From Bacteroidota bacterium (lineage in GTDB: Bacteria > Bacteroidota > Bacteroidia > B-17B0 > Aurantibacillaceae), in the NCBI GenBank assembly GCA_048498515.1, contig JBEHXV010000020.1, positions 5,474 through 69,473 on the forward strand: a stretch of DNA of 64,000 nt, written 5' to 3'. The notes beneath the pieces are model-generated. The model was given only the letters and a program-made list of their open reading frames with translations, ran no database searches and was not told the DNA's origin. The position numbers and the translations under genes were made by a program. Shown piece after piece: positions 29,222-36,700 of this stretch. How positions within the stretch are numbered: the first letter of the stretch is position 1; every line of letters starts with the position of its first letter.

Positions 29222-29692
29222 ATGAACGCTAACGAACAATTAATCACAGGCTTTTATACCTGCTTTCAAAATAAAGACTACAAAGGCATGCAGGATTGTT
29301 ATGCTGATAATGCCACATTTAATGATGCTGTATTTTCAAACCTTAACGCCAAACAGGTAAAGGTCATGTGGGAAATGCTATTGAAAACTGGGAAAGACCT
29401 GCGTTTAGAATTTAAAAACATAAAGGCTGACGATAAAACAGGAAGCGCTGAGTGGATAGCCTATTATACATTTTCAAGAACCGGCAACAAAGTCGTAAAC
29501 CGCATTAAAGCCGGTTTTGTTTTTGAGAATGGGAAGATTGTAAAACATACCGATGACTTTGATTTTTATACCTGGGCCAAACAATCGTTAGGAACAACAG
29601 GACTTTTATTAGGCTGGACACCCTTTCTGAAAAATAAAATAAGGTCCACTGCCATGCAAAATCTGAATGATTTTATGAGATCAAACCCATAG
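29222..29692 (+). CDS. NTF2/SnoaL-like family protein
   Basis: 'FY..F...DY..M..CY.....F.D.VF' is a typical SnoaL-like N-terminus. Length is 156 aa. Confidence 0.65.
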   Translation: MNANEQLITGFYTCFQNKDYKGMQDCYADNATFNDAVFSNLNAKQVKVMWEMLLKTGKDLRLEFKNIKADDKTGSAEWIAYYTFSRTGNKVVNRIKAGFVFENGKIVKHTDDFDFYTWAKQSLGTTGLLLGWTPFLKNKIRSTAMQNLNDFMRSNP

Positions 29693-29702
29693 CCTGCCGT
29701 AA

Positions 29703-29742
29703 AAAAAAGCCTCGTCACGGTTAACTGTGACGAGGCTTTTTT
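29703..29742. terminator. bidirectional rho-independent terminator
   Basis: AAAAAAGCCTCGTCAC-ggttaact-GTGACGAGGCTTTTTT, a 10-bp perfect stem between convergent genes. Confidence 0.8.
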
Positions 29743-29762
29743 AGTGACTATTATATATCAAT

Positions 29763-31124
29763 TTATTGCAATACAATACGTTTTACTTTTGAGCCTGCTT
29801 TTGATTTAAGGGTCACAAAATAAACACCGTTGTTTTTATCAGACAGGTCGATCTTTATTTTTCCACCGTTTGACTGAACCTGTTTCACTTCCTTTACGGT
29901 TTGTCCAAGCGTATTAACTACTGAGATGGTAAAATCCTGTGCATCCAGGGTTGTTACATCCACAAACAGCTCACCGTTTGTAGGATTAGGATACACGCTC
30001 ATTTCCACATTGGATACTGTTTCCTCAATACCGGTTACAGAGCATACCGTGCTTGTTGCTAATGATAAACGCCTTACGCAATTAGCCATTACCGCCTGCA
30101 TACGTGCTTTTTGACCGGCAGTAAACATTGCCATGCATTTGTCGTCGCTATAATCCATGTAGTTCTGGTAATTAACTCCCGGAGAAGTGGCAGTACACTG
30201 ATCCGTAACAACAGCCCCCGCTGTAGTTGGACAGGTATAATTCTCTGTTTTTTGGTTTGGCGTATCCGCCACATAATCGCTACCGGAGCAATTGCTGTCA
30301 TCGCCCCATATGTGCCATAAACCTAACCAGTGGCCCGATTCGTGCGTCAGAGTCCTGCCTTTGTTGTAAGGAGCTGATGAAGCATTTAAAGCTGTTCCCG
30401 TATTACCAATGTAATGATAATCAATCACAACCCCATCGGTATTGGCAGCACCACCCTGGCCAACCATATCGGTAATTGGTGTTGTACCTGAAGGGATAGT
30501 TGGAAACTGTGCATAACCTAATGTTCCAAGGTCGGAACCACCAAACTCAAGCACCCAAACATTAAAGTATTTGGTAGGATCCCATGAAGAACCAGGTTTT
30601 ACAGTTGATTCGATATAAGCGGTAGCATAAGGCAGAGAGTTCCAGCCTTTGGCCACTGTACTGATACGGTCAATTCCCGGTTCGGCCATCACGGCACCTG
30701 TAGGGTCTACTTTAGCCGCGCAAAAATTAATTTCCACATCAGCTGCTATCGACGAAAGGCCGGCTTGAGTGACATAAGTACTAAAGTTGCTGTTGGTTTT
30801 CCGGTAATCCTCATTTAATATGGCGATCTGGGAATTGATCTGGGCGGCATTTAAATTACGCCCAGTGGTTGCACTGGTAGAATTTACCGCTACACCCGAG
30901 TGAATGATATGAAATACGATAGGAATGGTATAGATCGTAGAGGTTGTTCTGGCATTGGCAAATTGCTGGTGCTTCAGCATCATTTGCTGGAAATATTCTT
31001 CATAAGAAGGATTTACCTTTGGCGAAGCGCATTTACGCACAGGTTGTTGTACTTGATTGTTTTGAGCCACTGAGCTGCAAAAAAACAAAGCCGATAGAGA
31101 TAAAGTAGTAAAGATTTTTTTCAT
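29763..31124 (-). CDS. M43 (pappalysin/cytophagalysin-type) zinc metalloprotease with T9SS type A C-terminal sorting domain
   Basis: Metzincin motif 'HESGHWLGLWH', signal peptide after the M at 31124 ('MKKIFTTLSLSALFF'), and a C-terminal 'VYPNPTNGELFV...GVYFVTLKS......KRIVLQ' sorting domain. Confidence 0.85.
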   Translation of the reverse strand: MKKIFTTLSLSALFFCSSVAQNNQVQQPVRKCASPKVNPSYEEYFQQMMLKHQQFANARTTSTIYTIPIVFHIIHSGVAVNSTSATTGRNLNAAQINSQIAILNEDYRKTNSNFSTYVTQAGLSSIAADVEINFCAAKVDPTGAVMAEPGIDRISTVAKGWNSLPYATAYIESTVKPGSSWDPTKYFNVWVLEFGGSDLGTLGYAQFPTIPSGTTPITDMVGQGGAANTDGVVIDYHYIGNTGTALNASSAPYNKGRTLTHESGHWLGLWHIWGDDSNCSGSDYVADTPNQKTENYTCPTTAGAVVTDQCTATSPGVNYQNYMDYSDDKCMAMFTAGQKARMQAVMANCVRRLSLATSTVCSVTGIEETVSNVEMSVYPNPTNGELFVDVTTLDAQDFTISVVNTLGQTVKEVKQVQSNGGKIKIDLSDKNNGVYFVTLKSKAGSKVKRIVLQ

Positions 31125-31216
31125 GGGAGCAAATTTATACACATAGTTACAAATTAATTTCCAAAAAATCAATGTTCATTGCGACTTTTGAGGTAAATTA
31201 GACCTTTTTATAGATC

Positions 31217-31903
31217 ATGCCTCATAAGATTTTAGTCATAGAAGATGAGCAAGCATTGCAGGAAACGCTGAAGCTGAACCTGGAACTTGAGGGCTATGAA
31301 GTAGATGCCTTAGGTTCGGGAGAAAATGCCTTAACTCATATTAAATCAACAAGGCCTGATCTTATTTTACTCGATATCATGCTGCCTGCCTTAAGCGGAA
31401 TGGAAATTTACAGGCAATTAAAAAGTGCGGATATAACAACACCCATTATTTTTTTAACCGCTAAAAACAGCGTGCAGGATAAAATTGAAGGTTTAAAGCT
31501 TGGCGCCGACGATTATATTACCAAGCCTTTTGATCTTGAGGAGTTGCTGCTGAGAATATACAATGTTTTAAAGAGGAATCATCCTCAAAAACAGGAAACG
31601 GGAATCTTTAAATTTGATAATTGCGCAATCAATTTTTCAACCTTCCAGGTGGTTGGACGTGACGGCAAAACAGAGGACCTTTCGAAACGGGAAATGGCCT
31701 TGTTAAAGTTACTGACCGACAACCTGAATAATGTCGTTTCAAGAGATGAGATCCTGGAAAAGCTTTGGAATAAGGATGAAAATCCGTCGTCAAGAACCAT
31801 TGACAATTACATCTTAAATTTCAGGAAATTGTTTGAAGCCAACCAAAAAGAACCCATTCATTTTTTATCGATAAGAGGAGTTGGGTATAAGTTTACGGTT
31901 TAA
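31217..31903 (+). CDS. OmpR/PhoB-type response regulator (no cognate kinase adjacent)
   Basis: Receiver 'ILVIEDE...LLDIMLP' and winged-helix C-terminus 'R.ID.YI...RK......IRGVGY.F'. Confidence 0.9.
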   Translation: MPHKILVIEDEQALQETLKLNLELEGYEVDALGSGENALTHIKSTRPDLILLDIMLPALSGMEIYRQLKSADITTPIIFLTAKNSVQDKIEGLKLGADDYITKPFDLEELLLRIYNVLKRNHPQKQETGIFKFDNCAINFSTFQVVGRDGKTEDLSKREMALLKLLTDNLNNVVSRDEILEKLWNKDENPSSRTIDNYILNFRKLFEANQKEPIHFLSIRGVGYKFTV

Positions 31904-31909
31904 GAGCAA

Positions 31910-31949
31910 GTCATGTTGAACTTGATTCAGCATCTCACGAGCCCCTGAA
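31910..31949. repeat. partial copy of a REP-like intergenic element (see 62901-62957)
   Basis: GTCATGTTGAACTTGATTCAGCATCTCACGAGCCCCTGAA matches 62901-62940 at 37 of 40 positions, then diverges. Confidence 0.7.
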
Positions 31950-31982
31950 ACGTCGCAACCTGTCCTGAGAGTCGGGAACAAA

Positions 31983-32189
31983 TTATATTTTCTTAAACCG
32001 CTCCACCTCTACTCCATCTACCATAACCCTTTCAGTAAACATGGCCAACGGCCTTACCCACAAATTTTCCCCTTCGGGTTGGTAGGTGGCTTTGTAAACA
32101 ACCAGTTCTTCAAGGGTTTCGCTATGGCGGGCAATACCAACCACTTCATAAATTTTACCCTTGTAATGTTTATATAGCCCGATTTCCAT
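31983..32189 (-). CDS. DUF1653 family protein
   Basis: 'YKHYKGK.YEV.G.ARHSETLEELVVY......E..LWVRP..MF' is characteristic of DUF1653. Length is 68 aa. Confidence 0.7.
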   Translation of the reverse strand: MEIGLYKHYKGKIYEVVGIARHSETLEELVVYKATYQPEGENLWVRPLAMFTERVMVDGVEVERFKKI

Positions 32190-32231
32190 TATTAATAATG
32201 TCTCTTACGTCCCCTTAAATCCCTTTGTCTC

Positions 32232-32657
32232 TTAGCTGGTATGATCTGCCACAATAACCCATTTCCCTTCTATCTTTTTCCAGAGCAAGGTAAAATGGCC
32301 GCCGGCCGGTTTATCCTTTGCCAGTTCCCATTTGCCAATCACATAAATGCTGTTTTCCGACAGCTGGGTACATTCCAAAATGGTAAAGGTCAATTGCCCC
32401 ATGGCCTCTTTATCAGGATAACCTTTTATGTAATTATCCAGCGTTTTTTGCCAGCCGTAGGTAATGCCTTTACTACCAATAAACTTAAGGCTATCGCTCT
32501 TCCAGTAATAAGCCATAAAACCTTTAATATCGCCGGCATTCCAGGCTTTTTGCTGAATCATCATGCTTTCCTTTACAATACCAACGCCAGAGTTTACCTT
32601 TTGAGCACGAACACCAACAGCAAAAAACAAACACATTAACAGAATAATCTTTCTCAT
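32232..32657 (-). CDS. DUF4440/NTF2-like protein, secreted
   Basis: Signal peptide from the M at 32657 ('MRKIILLMCLFFAVGVRAQ') and a 'W..GD...F...Y' motif of DUF4440/SnoaL-like proteins. Confidence 0.6.
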   Translation of the reverse strand: MRKIILLMCLFFAVGVRAQKVNSGVGIVKESMMIQQKAWNAGDIKGFMAYYWKSDSLKFIGSKGITYGWQKTLDNYIKGYPDKEAMGQLTFTILECTQLSENSIYVIGKWELAKDKPAGGHFTLLWKKIEGKWVIVADHTS

Positions 32658-32720
32658 ATAACTTTCAATTGTTAATAATTTCAATCGTATAAATATCCTG
32701 TAAAATTACATAAAATGTTA

Positions 32721-32728
32721 TATCTTTG
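32721..32728 (+). promoter_or_regulatory. putative Bacteroidota -7 promoter box (TAnnTTTG)
   Basis: TATCTTTG lies about 20 nt upstream of the riboswitch P1 helix. No clear -33 element was seen. Confidence 0.35.
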
Positions 32729-32745
32729 TCCCACGTTCTTTAATA

Positions 32746-32932
32746 CACTTATTAAGAAAAGCAGAGGGATACGCCCTGTGAAGCTTTACCAACCCTTGAT
32801 GAAATGTAAAATGTAAAATGCTAAATTTTAAATGTTCCATTTATAATCTGTCATCTAACATTTATCATCTCTCGAAGAAGGTGGGAACTCGTTCCCGAAC
32901 CGATAGCTATCGGGATCGGGAGAAAATAAGTC
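32746..32932 (+). promoter_or_regulatory. SAM-I-like riboswitch aptamer with an enlarged P3
   Basis: P1 CTTATT (32748-53) pairs with AATAAG (32925-30). The core reads 'AAGAAAAGCAGAGGGAUACGCCCUGUGAAGCUUUACCAACC', compared with the SAM-I consensus 'AAGAG.GGC.GAGGGA.UGGCCC.AUGAAGCC.GGCAACC'. 'GGUG..AA' follows P3. The element sits upstream of metH. Confidence 0.7.
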
Positions 32933-32972
32933 GGAATACATTAGTAAAACATAATTAAAAAAATAAACGCTA

Positions 32973-33013
32973 ATCCCTTCTGACTATAAACAGCAGAAGG
33001 GATTTTTTATTTT
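32973..33013 (+). terminator. riboswitch expression-platform terminator
   Basis: ATCCCTTCTG-actataaacag-CAGAAGGGAT followed by TTTTTATTTT, ending 1-2 nt before the ATG at 33015. Confidence 0.75.
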
Positions 33014-33014
33014 A

Positions 33015-33782
33015 ATGACCAGGGAAGTAACACATAGATTTTCAGACAGAGTTGATAACTATATCAAATACCGTCCACATTATCCGCAGGATGTATTTGA
33101 TTATCTGAGTTCTTACAACATCATCAACCAAAGTTCTGTAATTGCCGATATTGGATCAGGGACCGGCATTTCGTCAGAACCGTTTTTAAAAATGAACCTG
33201 ACCGTTTATGCCGTTGAACCTAACACGGAAATGAGGCTTGCCGCCGAAGATCTATTAAAGAATTATAAAAATTTCAACAGTGTTGATGCTACTGCCGAAA
33301 ATACCGGTTTAAAAGACCAGTCGGTTGATGTGATTATTGCGGGACAAGCATTTCATTGGTTCGACAGGGAGAAAACCAAACAGGAATTTAAGCGCATTTT
33401 AAAACCCGGCGGTTATGTTGTTTTATTATGGAATGACCGGCAGACCGATAGCAGCGATTTTTCAAGATCATACGAAGATTTTTTACAGGCTTGTGGAACC
33501 GATTATAAAGCGGTTAATCACAAAAACGTACAGGAAAAGGAAATATTTGACTCCTTCTTTGGTGAAGGAAACTACACCGAAAAATGGTTTTACAATTACC
33601 AGGATGTTGATCTTACCGGGTTAAAAGGCCGCGTTCTCTCATCATCCTACATGCCTAACGAAGGGCATACCGATTATGAATACATGATGTACTGTTTAAA
33701 AAAAGTATTTGCAAGGTATCAGCAAAACAACACAGTACGCCTGGATTATGATACCAAAATTTATTACGGAAAATTACATTGA
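33015..33782 (+). CDS. class I SAM-dependent methyltransferase
   Basis: Motif I '[10 protein letters not shown]', '[13 protein letters not shown]' and '[12 protein letters not shown]' (Methyltransf_11/25-like). Confidence 0.8.
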   Translation: MTREVTHRFSDRVDNYIKYRPHYPQDVFDYLSSYNIINQSSVIADIGSGTGISSEPFLKMNLTVYAVEPNTEMRLAAEDLLKNYKNFNSVDATAENTGLKDQSVDVIIAGQAFHWFDREKTKQEFKRILKPGGYVVLLWNDRQTDSSDFSRSYEDFLQACGTDYKAVNHKNVQEKEIFDSFFGEGNYTEKWFYNYQDVDLTGLKGRVLSSSYMPNEGHTDYEYMMYCLKKVFARYQQNNTVRLDYDTKIYYGKLH

Positions 33783-33795
33783 AATAAAAACTTAT

Positions 33796-36700
33796 ATGAC
33801 CTCCGACATTAAACAAGAATTGGAAAAAAGGGTATTGGTGATTGATGGCGCCATGGGCTCCATGATACAACAATATAAACTCACTGAAAAGGATTTCAGA
33901 GGCAAACGCTTTGCCGACTGGCATAAGGACCTGCAAGGCAATAACGACTTGCTGTCTATTACGCAACCACAGATCATTAAAACCATTCATAAAGAATATC
34001 TAAAAGCGGGCGCCGATATTATTGAAACTAACACCTTTAGTGATACAACCATTGCCATGGCTGATTATGACATGCAGGAGTTTGTATACGAACTGAATTA
34101 TGAATCGGCAAAAATTGCCAAAGAGGCCATTGCTGAATTTAAAATTGAATTCCCGGAGTTTGCTTCCGTTCCCAAATTTGTGGCCGGAGCCATCGGGCCA
34201 ACCAACCGTACCTTGTCTTTATCACCAAATGTAAACGATCCCGGTTTCAGAGCTATTACCTTTGACGAGCTGGCAGAAGCCTACACGGAACAGGTTCGTG
34301 GATTGATTGATGGTGGTGCCGACCTGTTATTGATTGAAACTATTTTTGATACCCTGAATGCCAAAGCCGCCTTATACGCCATACAAAATTACTGTCAGAA
34401 AATTGATAAGAAAATGCCGGTTATGGTTTCGGGAACCATAACCGATGCCAGCGGAAGAACCTTATCGGGCCAAACTACCGAAGCCTTTTTAAATTCCGTA
34501 TCACACGTTGATCTGCTAAGCGTTGGTCTGAATTGTGCCCTGGGCGCTAAGGACATGCGTCCTTACCTCGAAGAACTTTCGAATAAAGCGCCATTTTATG
34601 TCAGTGCATACCCTAATGCCGGCTTGCCCAACCAATTTGGCGAGTACGACCAGGACGCACATGAAATGGGCCACCAGATAGAGGATTTTTTAAAAGCGGG
34701 ATTTTTAAACATTGTTGGCGGCTGCTGTGGCACTACACCGGCACACATTAAACGCATTGCCGAAATTGCCAAAGATGCCAAGCCCCGTAAAAAACCTCAG
34801 CCTGATACGCTAATGCATTTAAGTGGTTTAGAGCCCTATACGCTAACGCCTGAAAGTAACTTTTTAAATGTAGGCGAGCGTACCAATGTAACCGGTTCTA
34901 AAAAATTTCTGCGCTTAATTAAAGAAGGTAATTTTGAAGAAGCCCTATCCATTGCCAAAGAACAGGTTGATGGCGGCGCGCAGGTCATTGATGTGAACAT
35001 GGATGAAGGGATGCTGGACAGTGAACAATCCATGACCACTTTTTTAAACCTGATAGCCTCTGAACCTGATATTTCAAGGGTACCAATCATGATCGATTCC
35101 AGTAAATGGACGGTAATTGAAGCCGGGTTGAAATGCGTGCAGGGAAAAGCAATTGTAAACTCTATTTCCTTAAAAGAAGGCGAGGAAAAATTTATTGAAC
35201 AGGCCCTGAAAATAAAACAATACGGCGCAGCTGTTATTGTGATGGCCTTTGACGAAGTTGGACAGGCCGATACCCTGGAGCGCAGAAAAGAAATTTGTAA
35301 ACGTGCCTATGACATTTTAGTTGATAAAGTAAATTTCCCGGCACAGGATATTATTTTTGATCCTAATATTTTCCCTGTAGCCACAGGAATGGAAGAACAC
35401 CGCTTAAACGCGCTCGATTTTTTCAATTCTACCAAATGGATCAAAGAAAATTTACCACATGCCAAAGTGAGCGGTGGCGTGAGTAACGTATCGTTTTCAT
35501 TCAGGGGGAACGACCATGTGCGTGAGGCCATCCACGGCGCTTTCCTGTACCATGCTGTAAAAAATGGCATGGACATGGGAATTGTTAACCCGGCACAATT
35601 GCAGGTTTACGATGATATTGACAAAACTTTGCTGGAACTGGTAGAAGATGTGTTACTGAACCGCAGGGACGATGCCACTGAACGCCTGGTGGAACACGCC
35701 GAATCGTTAAAAGGCATTACCAAAGAAAAAACGGAGAAAGATGAGGAATGGAGAAAAGGAACGGTTGAAGAGCGCTTAAGCCATGCCCTGGTAAAAGGTT
35801 TGGTAGAATACATTGATAGTGATACCGAAGAGGCACGACAAAAATTAGGAAGACCATTACACGTGATTGAAGGGCCGTTAATGGCCGGCATGAACGTAGT
35901 TGGCGACCTGTTTGGCAGCGGAAAAATGTTCTTACCGCAAGTGGTAAAAAGTGCCCGTGTAATGAAAAAAGCGGTAGCTTACCTGGAACCTTACCTATTG
36001 AAAGAAAAAGAAGAAAATGCCAAAGCCGGAATTGTGAGTGCCGGAAGAACCAATGCCGGCAAGATTTTAATGGCAACCGTAAAAGGCGATGTGCATGACA
36101 TTGGCAAAAACATTGTGGGCGTTGTGCTGGCCTGTAACAATTACGAGATCATTGACCTTGGCGTGATGGTAAGCTGTGACAAAATTTTAGAAGAAGCAAA
36201 AAAACACGAAGTGGATGTTATTGGCCTGAGTGGCTTAATTACGCCATCGCTTGATGAAATGGTGCATGTAGCCAAAGAAATGGAGCGGTTAAATTTCAAA
36301 ACCCCCTTATTAATTGGTGGCGCTACAACCTCTAAGGTGCATACAGCCGTTAAAATTGCGCAAAATTATTCGGGGCCGGTAGTGCATGTAAACGATGCCA
36401 GTAAATCGGTACCTGTTGCCAGCAGCCTCATCTCACGGGAATTACGCGATGCATTTATGTCCGACGTAAATAAAGATTATGAGCGTGTGCGTGAACAAAA
36501 TAAAAATGCGCAATCGCAAAACAAGCTGATCTCATTGGCGGAAGCAAGAGAAAATAAATTTCCGATTGACTGGGCTAAAACAGAAATCGTAAAACCAGCC
36601 TTCACAGGCAATAAAGTATTTGACAATTACGATCTGAGCGAAATTGCCGAATACATTGACTGGACCCCCTTCTTTCACAGTTGGGAAATGAAAGGTTCTT

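Noticed and set aside
32746-32932. The leader could be a cobalamin riboswitch, since metH uses B12.
   Set aside because: No B12-box-like sequence was found, and the conserved blocks match the SAM-I core instead. B12 riboswitches typically control metE or btuB rather than metH.
33709-33795. The ORF track extends metH 29 codons upstream, to 33709.
   Set aside because: The extension overlaps the 3' end of the methyltransferase gene in another frame and has no MetH-like sequence. The ATG at 33796 precedes the conserved '[17 protein letters not shown]' N-terminus at the usual distance.
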